Origin: a virus
Taxonomy: Duplodnaviria; Caudoviricetes
IMG/VR virus record: IMGVR_UViG_3300033067_000254
Location: 1-49,210 of that record
Direction: 5' to 3' (one strand)
DNA length: 49,210 nt
The notes beneath the pieces were generated by a model, which was not told the DNA's origin, ran no database searches, and saw nothing but the letters and a program-made list of their open reading frames with translations. The number at the start of each line of letters is the position of its first letter. Position 1 is the stretch's first letter. The position numbers were made by a program, and so were the translations under genes. Of this stretch, positions 1 to 8,573 are shown one piece after another.

Positions 1-120
1 AAGGCCCCTGTAGAGGCTCCTAAGGCCTTTGATATGAAGAGTTATACCAGCAAGCTTATCCAAGCAGAAAGTGGTGGAGTTGCTACAGCAAAAGCCAAGA
101 CGAGTTCAGCTCTTGGTCTT
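1..120. repeat. Terminal overlap, left copy (circular assembly junction)
   Basis: Bases 1-76 are identical to 49091-49166; 7 mismatches fall in the remaining 44 bp. Confidence 0.95.
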
Positions 121-495
121 GCACAGTTCACCAAAGGCACTTGGATGGAGCAAGTAACTAAACAAGGTTTGAACTATACGCTTAACGACCGTACCAATCC
201 AGAAAAGGTCAAGGTTGTTCTTGAAGCGTTCACTAAGGAAAACCTGAACAAAGCAAGGAAAGAGCTAGGACGTGAGCCTACGCAGACAGAAGCATACATG
301 TACCATTTCGTACCTGCTAATGCTGCTGAACTGATTAAAGCCAACCCTAACTCTCCTGCTACCAGATACGTGTCAGAAGCTGTTATTAAAGCCAACAAGT
401 CTATTTTCCTGAATAAGGAAGGTCGTAAATATACGACACCAAAGACTGTTGGACAGGTTATGTCTATTTTTCGTAAGAAGATGAAGGAGGAGTGA
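1..495 (+). CDS. C-terminal part of virion-associated lytic transglycosylase (SLT-like); gene starts at 48905 and crosses the junction, about 226 aa in total
   Basis: Motifs IQAESGG and ALGLAQFTKGTW match the lysozyme-like/SLT catalytic Glu and GLxQ motifs. Frame is continuous with the ATG at 48905. Confidence 0.8.
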   Translation, partial: KAPVEAPKAFDMKSYTSKLIQAESGGVATAKAKTSSALGLAQFTKGTWMEQVTKQGLNYTLNDRTNPEKVKVVLEAFTKENLNKARKELGREPTQTEAYMYHFVPANAAELIKANPNSPATRYVSEAVIKANKSIFLNKEGRKYTTPKTVGQVMSIFRKKMKEE

Positions 496-767
496 TGGCG
501 AAGAAGGGGGAATTTAAGAAGAATGCTACTGCGGATTCTATCCGACAGCGTAAGTATAATTCTTCAGAGGAGCAAAAGAAGCGACGTGCTGAACGTAATC
601 ATGCACGTGCGATTATGGAGCGTAAAGGGGCTGTACGTAAAGGAGATGGGAAGGATGTAGATCATCGTAACCATAACACTGCTGACAAGAGTGCTCGTAA
701 CCTGAGCGTTATGCCTAAATCTAAGAACCGTGCCATGAACCAGCACGATAAACGTAAAAAGAAATAA
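492..767 (+). CDS. Small basic HNH endonuclease-like protein
   Basis: KGDGKDVDHRNHN...NL...NR motif; overlaps the upstream stop codon. Confidence 0.7.
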   Translation: MMAKKGEFKKNATADSIRQRKYNSSEEQKKRRAERNHARAIMERKGAVRKGDGKDVDHRNHNTADKSARNLSVMPKSKNRAMNQHDKRKKK

Positions 768-774
768 AAACCAA

Positions 775-1455
775 ATGGCAAGTACAAAAACTGCACGTAA
801 ACGGCAAGTGGTAGAACAAGTTGAACCAGCACAAAGATTCCAGGGTGTTACGCCTAAGAATCTAGCACAGCAACTGTATCTAGAGGCTATCGGAAGAAGT
901 GATGTAGTGTTTGGTATTGGTAGTGCTGGCACAGGGAAAACCTATGTAGCAGCTTCTTACGCAGCGGAGAAGCTTTTCTACCGAGAGATTAACAAGATTA
1001 TTGTCACACGTCCAAACGTTGAAGCGAGTCGCTCCATGGGCTTTCTCCCTGGAGAGCTGGAGGAGAAATATGCACCATATCTGGAACCGTTCGAGGGAGT
1101 GTTTATCCGAGCTTTCGGTAAGTCTCTGTATGAGCTGTTCCGAAAACGTGGTCAGATTGAACCGAAGCCTCTCGGTTTTATGCGAGGAGCAACGTTTGAC
1201 AACGCTATTGTTCTTGTTGATGAATGTCAGAATATGACGGATAAGGAGTTTAAGCTGCTCCTTACACGTATTGGAGAGAACACGAAAGTGATTTTCTCTG
1301 GAGATAGTCGTCAAGTAGATATTCCAGATTCTGGTCTGATGAATACTATTGAACGTTTGAAGTTTATTCCTGAGATTGAAACTGTAGAGTTCTTCCCGCA
1401 GGATATTGTACGAAGCAATTTGTGTAAACAGATTATTCTGGAATACGAACGCTGA
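775..1455 (+). CDS. phoH: PhoH family ATPase
   Basis: GSAGTGKT Walker A, IIVTRP, GFLPGELEEK, FMRGATF, DECQN, LTRIGE, GDSRQVD and DIVRS motifs. Confidence 0.95.
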   Translation: MASTKTARKRQVVEQVEPAQRFQGVTPKNLAQQLYLEAIGRSDVVFGIGSAGTGKTYVAASYAAEKLFYREINKIIVTRPNVEASRSMGFLPGELEEKYAPYLEPFEGVFIRAFGKSLYELFRKRGQIEPKPLGFMRGATFDNAIVLVDECQNMTDKEFKLLLTRIGENTKVIFSGDSRQVDIPDSGLMNTIERLKFIPEIETVEFFPQDIVRSNLCKQIILEYER

Positions 1456-1461
1456 AATAAG

Positions 1462-1512
1462 AAAGCCCCTAGGCTCCTTGGAATAAATCCTTGGAATCTA
1501 GGGGCTTTTTTG
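1462..1512. terminator. Bidirectional intrinsic terminator between the converging late and early/middle arms
   Basis: AAAGCCCCTAG...CTAGGGGCTTT inverted repeat with a T-run on + and an A-rich flank; lies between convergent genes. Confidence 0.85.
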
Positions 1513-1513
1513 T

Positions 1514-1699
1514 TTATTGCTTTACATCAGGAACAACGAAAGGAACAGCACGTACACTTGGATACAGCTCTCGGAACTCAGATACCGAAATATCTTCTCC
1601 AATAACAATCTCTGTGTACTCCTTACCTTCTCGTTTGTATTTCTCTTTCAGAGAGACACACCCTGGGCAATGTGGTTGAGAGTAAATAATGTCAGCCAT
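1514..1699 (-). CDS. Glutaredoxin/NrdH-like redoxin (61 aa)
   Basis: IIYSQPHCPGC and RAVPFV motifs. Start moved to ATG 1699, preceded by an AGGAGA RBS. Adjacent to the RNR gene. Confidence 0.85.
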   Translation of the reverse strand: MADIIYSQPHCPGCVSLKEKYKREGKEYTEIVIGEDISVSEFRELYPSVRAVPFVVPDVKQ

Positions 1700-1707
1700 A
1701 TATCTCC

Positions 1708-3687
1708 TTATCGAATTGGGCAGTGCCCTGTCAAACAATCATCTTCCACTTCAGCGTCAATGTCGTTAGATTTATCCAACTCAATTGGCTGAATACGTGC
1801 TACATACTCGTCGTATTTAGCTTTGGTTACTACTTCTTGAGGGAGGTAGAGGTATCCGAGGTCTTTGGCGGACTTAGTGGGATCAGCCCGAAACAAGAAA
1901 GAAACTCCGACATAACTATCCCAATTAGAATGTAGCCACTCCACAATCCCATCTGCTTCCTCCGGTGAATAACTAATCGTAGCAGAGACATTCTGTTGGC
2001 ACCAGTTTTCCATGAGCATCTTATAACGCTCCAACTGGGCTACAGCACTCTCCAGATTTACTTCCAACACTTCGCCGTCTTTATCAAACTTATCGAACGG
2101 CACGTCATCCCACTTGACAGGGAACGTAATCAATACCGCTGAAGGATCGGTAGGATTGTCAATCACCTTGTAGCCAGCTGCACGACACAGAGGAACCAAT
2201 GGATCAAACTTACCGAAGTTCACGTTATTGAAGATGTACTTGCCTAGGGGTTTGTGAACACCTTCTGTAGTGTCCATGACCTTACTAAGTGTCCCGCTGG
2301 GCTTGATTGTTGTGACGTTCTTAGGTCGTGGAGTCCCAAGCTCATCAGCCATTGAATAAGCCCCTGCAGTAGCAGTCCGTTGAAGTTCTTGGTAGTCGTA
2401 TGCTCCCAAGTCTGGTCGTCGAACGATACCTGTAAGACCAACTCCACAAAGTCGGAGGAATTCATTGTTAAGGTGCCAGGCTTCCTGGAGAATTCCATCA
2501 AGGAGATTAACACAGGTTTGTCGGTAGTTGGCACGTGCGGCAAGATGTACTGCTCGACGAAGCCCTGCAGAGTCGCCTTTGAATTTGGCAAGATCAACCT
2601 CAGTTAAGTTACAGAATGATTTGTTACCCAGCAGAATCTCTGCGCAAGGATTAACACCTTTGAACCATGGAGCACGCTTACGAGCTGCTACACCGTTAAT
2701 AAACCCTGGCTCGCTGCCACCAGCTTCAACCATCAGATCAACAATACTTTGCAGCTCGCTCTTAGTAGGCTTGTGATTGAACAGCAAGCTGTTATTTGAT
2801 TGAGCACGCTGGATGTTGTTTTCCCACCAGTTGTTCTTGGCTACCGCAAATTCTTGCCATTCATCTTCTCCATACTCAAAGAGAGCAATCTCAGCTGAGC
2901 GGCGTGAAGATAGGACAGTACCCAGCCAATTAACAACGTCAAGAATGTCGATACGAGTAAGCAAGCTACCGCTACGACGATTAAGAATTTTAAAGATCGC
3001 TTCGTAAGCTTTTGCAATAGATTCGTCACCGCTACTAATCCAGCCATATCCTTTCAACCTTTCACCAGCAGGGCGAATCTGCGAGAAATCGAGTACAAGT
3101 TTACGGGCGGGAAACTTATGAGCGACCAGCTTACCGATTGACTTGCTCCAGGCTTCTGCAGAGTCACCAACTCGGATTGTCCACACTCCGTCTTCAAAGG
3201 TTTCAGTGTTACATTGATCTCCGTTTTTGTCGGTTCGTGTGCTTCGGATGATTTCCAGTTCTTGGATGGGCTTTTGGAAGCCAGTGAGCTGTCCAACGAT
3301 TGGTCGAAAGCCAACACCGCATCCTTGCATGAGCAGCCAGAGGACATCAACAACGTCATAGACTGTTTCCACATTTGTGAACGAGCAGTTGAATTGGGAT
3401 GCTTCTCGGCGTTTTGCCACATCCGTTCCGCCCAGCCACAGTGTCCGTCCTGACATAAGCACTTTTCGCTCAAGCATGAGCTGTCGGAGTTCGGAGAGTT
3501 CATTGTCAATATTGGAGTTACGGGTATCAGGATGGGCTTTAGCTGCTCGATTCCACAACCATTCTTGGTGACCGATAACACGATCAACTGTCTGTTCAAA
3601 GGTTTCAAACACTTTACCAGTCTCATCAAGAGGACGGTTATATGTACGACGCAGGAGTAGTTGAGAGCGGAGAGATTGTTCTGTCAT
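1708..3687 (-). CDS. nrdJ: Class II (adenosylcobalamin-dependent) ribonucleotide reductase
   Basis: LLRRTYNR, SGRTLW, FNCSF, RRSAEIAL, GVNPCAEILL, FCNLTEV and TTIKPSGTLS motifs; C-terminal CLTGHCPIR; no beta subunit gene in the window. Confidence 0.92.
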   Translation of the reverse strand: MTEQSLRSQLLLRRTYNRPLDETGKVFETFEQTVDRVIGHQEWLWNRAAKAHPDTRNSNIDNELSELRQLMLERKVLMSGRTLWLGGTDVAKRREASQFNCSFTNVETVYDVVDVLWLLMQGCGVGFRPIVGQLTGFQKPIQELEIIRSTRTDKNGDQCNTETFEDGVWTIRVGDSAEAWSKSIGKLVAHKFPARKLVLDFSQIRPAGERLKGYGWISSGDESIAKAYEAIFKILNRRSGSLLTRIDILDVVNWLGTVLSSRRSAEIALFEYGEDEWQEFAVAKNNWWENNIQRAQSNNSLLFNHKPTKSELQSIVDLMVEAGGSEPGFINGVAARKRAPWFKGVNPCAEILLGNKSFCNLTEVDLAKFKGDSAGLRRAVHLAARANYRQTCVNLLDGILQEAWHLNNEFLRLCGVGLTGIVRRPDLGAYDYQELQRTATAGAYSMADELGTPRPKNVTTIKPSGTLSKVMDTTEGVHKPLGKYIFNNVNFGKFDPLVPLCRAAGYKVIDNPTDPSAVLITFPVKWDDVPFDKFDKDGEVLEVNLESAVAQLERYKMLMENWCQQNVSATISYSPEEADGIVEWLHSNWDSYVGVSFLFRADPTKSAKDLGYLYLPQEVVTKAKYDEYVARIQPIELDKSNDIDAEVEDDCLTGHCPIR

Positions 3688-3700
3688 TTATTCTTTCTTA

Positions 3701-4072
3701 TTAGTATGATTTACCACCGATACCCAGTCGGTTTTCCTTTTTGTGATCGTGACGCTCTGCGTTGTATGCCATCTTCTCCTCGAATGCTTTACCCAGTGGC
3801 ATGTTGTATGCTCCAGCAAGGTCAAAGATACGAATCAAAGCATCAGCCAGCTCTACTACACGGCCATCCATATGAGGTAGCTTATCGTCCATCAGCCCTT
3901 TACGATCAGCTTCCATAGCCTCTGACAGTTCAGAGACTGTAAGCATCAACTTATTGCTGAATGCAAACGGGTTCTCCGTAATAGACTTGCCAGTGTTAAT
4001 ATCGTGCCACCAACCGGCTTCACGAGATTGTTTATGGCATTCGTACATCAAGTCATCAATTTTCTGTTTCAT
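3701..4072 (-). CDS. MazG-like NTP pyrophosphohydrolase
   Basis: KLMLTVSELSEAMEA...ELADALIRIFDLA...KMAYNAER pattern. Confidence 0.8.
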   Translation of the reverse strand: MKQKIDDLMYECHKQSREAGWWHDINTGKSITENPFAFSNKLMLTVSELSEAMEADRKGLMDDKLPHMDGRVVELADALIRIFDLAGAYNMPLGKAFEEKMAYNAERHDHKKENRLGIGGKSY

Positions 4073-4275
4073 TTATATTTATCCCGGATAATTTGTGGGT
4101 AGTCATTCTCTTTCATATAGAACAAACTACCAGCCTCTTTAATCAAACCCTCTGCTGCCAGCTTACGACCAAGCGCATCCCATTCTAAGTCGTGCATCAG
4201 TACAATGCCATGTTCAGGATGGAGGTAATACAAGTAAGCGGCTTCTAAGTATTTTAGAACTTCTGGATCAAGCAT
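4069..4275 (-). CDS. Small protein resembling a stand-alone NAD-dependent DNA ligase domain Ia
   Basis: AAYLYY...LMHDLEWDAL resembles the YY...D-x-E-[YF]-D-x-L motif of LigA domain Ia. Confidence 0.55.
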   Translation of the reverse strand: MLDPEVLKYLEAAYLYYLHPEHGIVLMHDLEWDALGRKLAAEGLIKEAGSLFYMKENDYPQIIRDKYK

Positions 4276-5023
4276 ATTTTTTCTTCAAATAGTCTAACGA
4301 GACTGGCATCAAATCAAACTGACCGTCACGTACTTCGTGAAGCATCAGAAATCCACGCCAGTGTTTATTACCTTGATGACCAAGGTAGTCTTCATCATGC
4401 TCATAGCAGCTACCGGCAATGATGCTAGTCAATCGTTGACCATCTGCTCGGTGTGCTGTGGCAATCTGCAATCCTTGCTGATGACCTGCAATACAGCTCA
4501 TATGTTTCTTGTTTAGCTGAGCACTTGCTGTAGAAGCAGGACGACCAGCCACACCAGTAACGAAGTAATGACTAAAAGCAATACCTCCGATAATAGCCAC
4601 ATCAAGAAAGTCATGAACAATCCAAGGAGTGAGGAAACAATCTTCAACGCCGATAGTGCCCTCAAGCTTAGGATCGTCGTTTACAGCCCTGTTAATACGG
4701 TTCTCGTGGTTACCCATTAGGAAGTGCATTTCAGGCCGATAACGGGGCTTATGGTTCGCTACAGCACGCTTGTTATGACGAATCATAGGACCAAGCAGCT
4801 GAATCATTCCGTTATTCCCAGCTTCAATGTCATTCTTATATCGTCGCCCCTCAAATGATTTCTTACCTACGTCATAAGAGGACAAGCTTGGCATGTCCCA
4901 GTGATCACCTAGATGTACAATAACATCAGGCTGTTTCTCTACCAGATACTCACCAATGTTATTCAGGTAAGCAAGATCAACACCAGGCTTTACCTGTGTA
5001 TCAGGAATTACTGCAATACGCAT
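4268..5023 (-). CDS. Calcineurin-like metallophosphoesterase
   Basis: IPDTQ, HLGDHWD, MGNHENR, FSHY and GHQQ motifs. Confidence 0.88.
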   Translation of the reverse strand: MRIAVIPDTQVKPGVDLAYLNNIGEYLVEKQPDVIVHLGDHWDMPSLSSYDVGKKSFEGRRYKNDIEAGNNGMIQLLGPMIRHNKRAVANHKPRYRPEMHFLMGNHENRINRAVNDDPKLEGTIGVEDCFLTPWIVHDFLDVAIIGGIAFSHYFVTGVAGRPASTASAQLNKKHMSCIAGHQQGLQIATAHRADGQRLTSIIAGSCYEHDEDYLGHQGNKHWRGFLMLHEVRDGQFDLMPVSLDYLKKKYA

Positions 5024-5649
5024 TATTCAATCACTTTCAAAATGTTAGGGAATTGAGGGAGCAAAGCATTCTTAATTTGCTCTGCTACTTCACGATGCTC
5101 TTTCTGGGTGGAAGGGTCAAGTCGCACTTGCAAGTAGTGCAACCAGCTTCGTAGGTTACCATTCATATACATACGGCTCATTGTGTTACCCTCAGGAAGC
5201 ACTGCACGAGCTTGCTCTTTAGCAATGCCGTTGGTCAATGCCCATTGGTACGCGTTAATAGCTGCTTGAGTGACAAAGCCTTGTTGCTCACGCCACATTG
5301 CTTCAAGTTCACGATCTTGTACAGGAAGACTGTTCTGTCGATTTTTAGCATCTTGGAGTCGAGCTTCCCGTGTCTCAAACATATTCACTTCAGCGTATCG
5401 TTGACTAAACTCTTGGAAAGAGAAGCTACGATGACGAAGGATTTGTCGAGCAATGTCACGAGTGGTTTCAATCTCCACACATGCATTAACCATTTCAAAA
5501 GGGCTCCAGTGCTTGTTACGAGCCAAATACTGAAGCAGCTTAGGGGCTGATTCCTTATTGTCTTGATTAGCTGGATTACTTACACGGGCCATATAAGCCA
5601 CCAAGTCTTCACCATTAGGTGTTGCCCATACCAGTTTAACTTTACTCAT
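5023..5649 (-). CDS. thyX: Flavin-dependent thymidylate synthase
   Basis: HWSPFE, RHRSFSFQEFSQRY signature, EQARAVLP, QKEHR. Confidence 0.96.
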   Translation of the reverse strand: MSKVKLVWATPNGEDLVAYMARVSNPANQDNKESAPKLLQYLARNKHWSPFEMVNACVEIETTRDIARQILRHRSFSFQEFSQRYAEVNMFETREARLQDAKNRQNSLPVQDRELEAMWREQQGFVTQAAINAYQWALTNGIAKEQARAVLPEGNTMSRMYMNGNLRSWLHYLQVRLDPSTQKEHREVAEQIKNALLPQFPNILKVIE

Positions 5650-6019
5650 TATTTCCTTTATTAAACCAACTATCGTTCAGATCGGGACGATTCTTCAAAT
5701 TATTAGAAAGGAACATCCAATTGCAACCCACGTGATCAATATGAGGGAGGCCACTTTCTGGATCGACATATTCACCGCGCATAATAGCAAACAGATGACG
5801 TAGCAAAGAAGCGATAAGCCGAGAATTGCTAATTCCGTTTCGCCAATTGTCAGCAGCATACTTCTTAGCTCCGAATGTCAATACACTAGCCAATCCCTCA
5901 ATTGCTTGAGGGTCAATCAAGTTAAGCATAGGCTTATCCTGATCGTATTTAGTACCTTGTGTCATAAGCTTATCCATTAGATCTGTGAATAGTTTTTCAC
6001 GCTGCAAGAATGAATCCAC
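5642..6019 (-). CDS. dATP/dGTP diphosphohydrolase (DUF5664-type); true start may be a downstream ATG
   Basis: KYDQDKP...FGAKKYAADNW...SLLRH...DPESGLPHIDH pattern. Confidence 0.8.
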   Translation of the reverse strand: MDSFLQREKLFTDLMDKLMTQGTKYDQDKPMLNLIDPQAIEGLASVLTFGAKKYAADNWRNGISNSRLIASLLRHLFAIMRGEYVDPESGLPHIDHVGCNWMFLSNNLKNRPDLNDSWFNKGNNE

Positions 6020-6254
6020 GGCTTTCCATATCCCGAGTAAATGTTTCTTTAGCTGCGTTACGCTCTGCTGCTGGAATGAGCGAGAAGTAATTCAGAATGA
6101 GAGAAGCACCTTTAGGATTGATGCGTTTAGTCTTGCGGTCCATGTGATCCTCTGCCATGTTGGTCATCACAACAGCACGATTACGAGTACGCAGAACCAT
6201 ATCTTCGATATCGTTAAACAGAGAAAAGCCTTTGAAATCATTTTGATTTTGCAT
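5997..6254 (-). CDS. Hypothetical protein
   Basis: 85-aa ORF packed in the minus-strand operon with overlaps at both ends. Confidence 0.7.
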   Translation of the reverse strand: MQNQNDFKGFSLFNDIEDMVLRTRNRAVVMTNMAEDHMDRKTKRINPKGASLILNYFSLIPAAERNAAKETFTRDMESRGFILAA

Positions 6255-6648
6255 TAGTTATTTTTCTTTCTTTTTCTTGTTGAGTTTTTGTTTTATGGCA
6301 ATCTTTACAGAGAACCTGTAAGTTATCTCGCTCACAAAACATATTGTCGATTACATCATCCCACGTAGTGAACCCAGCTACAGGATCAATAATGGGGTTG
6401 ATGTGATCTACTTGCACTTCCTTTGCAGGAAAGTCGGAAAGACAAGCATTACACTTATAGTGTTTAGCAAGTCGTCCTGATTTCTGGTTGATCTTCTGAC
6501 CAACACAGGCTTCAGATAGACAGGAATACTTAGGAGGCCATCGTTGAGAGGCTGAACGTAATGCACTCTTTACGAATGAATTAAATCTAGCCTGCGTCCA
6601 CTGTCCTCCGTTAAAACTCCTGGTCGTCATCGTCATCCTCCTCAACAA
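6238..6648 (-). CDS. Zn-binding HNH endonuclease; start likely at MTTRSF
   Basis: CNAC...VDHINP...NLQVLCKDCH motif. Confidence 0.85.
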   Translation of the reverse strand: MLRRMTMTTRSFNGGQWTQARFNSFVKSALRSASQRWPPKYSCLSEACVGQKINQKSGRLAKHYKCNACLSDFPAKEVQVDHINPIIDPVAGFTTWDDVIDNMFCERDNLQVLCKDCHKTKTQQEKERKITNAKSK

Positions 6649-6940
6649 TCTCTAATGGAGGACGTATTTCAGTATCAACAAACTCTAAGTCAATACCTAG
6701 CATACTGAAGACGGTTGCATAAATCTCTGACTCGTCATAGGTTGTTGATGAGTAACAATGAGCTTGAGGGATAAGCTCTAGAATTACAGCCCCATTGAAC
6801 CTTGCAACTGCTCCTAATGCACCTGACATACCACATACTTCACAATCGTGGTAGTCATACAACCATTCAATTTCTAGCTTATTACGGGGAAGTTCCACAA
6901 CTGTGGTGTCCCGTCCTGATTCAATTTCCTTGTCATCCAT
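6611..6940 (-). CDS. Hypothetical protein with CxxC and acidic tail; start uncertain
   Basis: Fills the gap between exonuclease and HNH genes; contains DCEVCG. Confidence 0.6.
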   Translation of the reverse strand: MDDKEIESGRDTTVVELPRNKLEIEWLYDYHDCEVCGMSGALGAVARFNGAVILELIPQAHCYSSTTYDESEIYATVFSMLGIDLEFVDTEIRPPLEIVEEDDDDDQEF

Positions 6941-7677
6941 AACAATCTCCCTTGTTCTAATAGTTCTTCTTCTGCACGATCCTCGTAGACCCCTCTATAA
7001 GCCTCTAGGACACGCTTAAAACATTCGTCTAATGTCTCGGCCCCATCTAAGATTTCAAAGGCTTTAACAGGCCCACATCCATCTAGACCAGGGATACTGT
7101 CAACCCTGTCTCCTGTTAGGCACTGGGCATAGAAGAACTTTTCTCCATATCCTTTGATTGTTTTACGATCAGCTGAGAGTTTAATAAGTCCAATTGGGTC
7201 CACATACATCGGGCCGAACTGAGGTTGGTTACCAAGTTCCCATCCGTAATGCCATCCGGGGACTTGTCGTAGATCTTTGTCGCGGGTACAGATGATGGTT
7301 TCGGTAGGTCTGGAGGTTTGCTCGATTGCCATAAGGTCATCTGCTTCCAGTCCTTCTGATTCAATGACATTGTATTTTGCTTTCAGATAAGCCTTGATAT
7401 TTTTGTAATGCCAAGGCTTGTTACCTACACGTTCTTTATATGGAGTACGCTTAGCAATCTCGTAGCGGAAGTTACCCTTACCAGTCATGTAGAGAATAGG
7501 TTCTAGCAACCCATTTTCATCATATGGATAACTGGTGATGGCAACAATGTTAGCAATACGATTGTCTAACAATTCCGCTACATAGTCGAACGGAGGAAAG
7601 CCAGCTTGTTGCCAGCCTGTCTCCGCCGCGAAGCCAACTTCATACACTAGAACGTCAGCGTCGATTAGTGCTTGCAT
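6874..7677 (-). CDS. 5'-3' exonuclease (T7 gp6/flap endonuclease-like)
   Basis: LIDADV, NFRYEIA, PYKERV, EADD, DKDLRQVPG and GDRVDSIPGLDGCGPVKA motifs. Confidence 0.92.
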   Translation of the reverse strand: MQALIDADVLVYEVGFAAETGWQQAGFPPFDYVAELLDNRIANIVAITSYPYDENGLLEPILYMTGKGNFRYEIAKRTPYKERVGNKPWHYKNIKAYLKAKYNVIESEGLEADDLMAIEQTSRPTETIICTRDKDLRQVPGWHYGWELGNQPQFGPMYVDPIGLIKLSADRKTIKGYGEKFFYAQCLTGDRVDSIPGLDGCGPVKAFEILDGAETLDECFKRVLEAYRGVYEDRAEEELLEQGRLLWMTRKLNQDGTPQLWNFPVIS

Positions 7678-8378
7678 TAGAAGGGGTTATCTTCGTTATC
7701 GTCGTCAGCTTCTGGAACTGGCGCAGGTTTAGCTGCTGGCTTAGCTTTGGCTGGTGCAGCTTTAGGACGCTCACCACCACCCAATGCTGCTTCCAAGGCA
7801 CTACCTTTGAAATTCAGATTACCTTTGATCTTGTCACGCAACCATTCAGGCAACGAGTTGAAGACTTCCATATCAGGTGCGTCAAGGTCAAACAGCTTTG
7901 AAGGATTAACCAGGTCGGGACATTTATCAGCGTCACGAGGACGCATAGCAGAGATAGTTGCAATGTTGTCATAGACTTTATCACCAACAGCGTTATTAAC
8001 AATTGTTACGTTGATAGGCTGACCAATAGCCTTAGTGAAGTCACCGTCAAACTCACCTGTTGGATCAATAGCGTTGTAACGCTGTGTGCTCTTAGCCTTA
8101 TCTGCAAACAAGCCGTAGAAAGGCAATGTCTCAGAAATCCAACGTGGCTTATCTGTCAACTCCTCACCGTTCTCATCCAACATGAATGTGTCAACCAGTT
8201 CATAGGTCAACATAATTTCCTGTGCTGGAGGTTTATCTTTGCCTTGGTATGGACGTTGTGCTTGCAAGCCCAAGTCAATGATTTGAACCAGTCGAGCAGG
8301 ATATGTACCTGGTTCGATATTTGCTTGTGGAACTTTGTTACCTGGATTGCCACCGATTTTCTTAGCGTTAAGACCCAT
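7677..8378 (-). CDS. Probable single-stranded DNA-binding protein
   Basis: Between polymerase and exonuclease; PGTYPARLVQIIDLG N-terminus; acidic C-terminus ending DDDNEDNPF. Confidence 0.65.
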   Translation of the reverse strand: MGLNAKKIGGNPGNKVPQANIEPGTYPARLVQIIDLGLQAQRPYQGKDKPPAQEIMLTYELVDTFMLDENGEELTDKPRWISETLPFYGLFADKAKSTQRYNAIDPTGEFDGDFTKAIGQPINVTIVNNAVGDKVYDNIATISAMRPRDADKCPDLVNPSKLFDLDAPDMEVFNSLPEWLRDKIKGNLNFKGSALEAALGGGERPKAAPAKAKPAAKPAPVPEADDDNEDNPF

Positions 8379-8383
8379 TATGA

Positions 8384-8563
8384 TTACTCCTGTGTGTAGA
8401 TTGCAGATTCGATACGATCGGATGGATAGATGTACATCTTACCTTCCTTGGTTTGGACACCGACAAAACCAGAGCCTAGTTGATAGGCTACGATATCGTC
8501 AAAGTGTGTAGGGGTTGGGTCACCTCGGAAGGTGAGTGTGATTGATTGTTTAACTTCGTCCAT
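8384..8563 (-). CDS. Hypothetical 59-aa protein (not in ORF track)
   Basis: Read manually: MDEVKQSITLTFRGDPTPTHFDD...IYTQE*; fills the gap between polymerase and SSB genes. Confidence 0.7.
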   Translation of the reverse strand: MDEVKQSITLTFRGDPTPTHFDDIVAYQLGSGFVGVQTKEGKMYIYPSDRIESAIYTQE

Positions 8564-8573
8564 TTATTCTTTC

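Noticed and set aside
1-120. Window-end repeat as the phage's biological direct terminal repeat
   Set aside because: It falls in the middle of a gene and has the form of an assembly overlap; real ends more plausibly lie in the 23450-24100 non-coding region.
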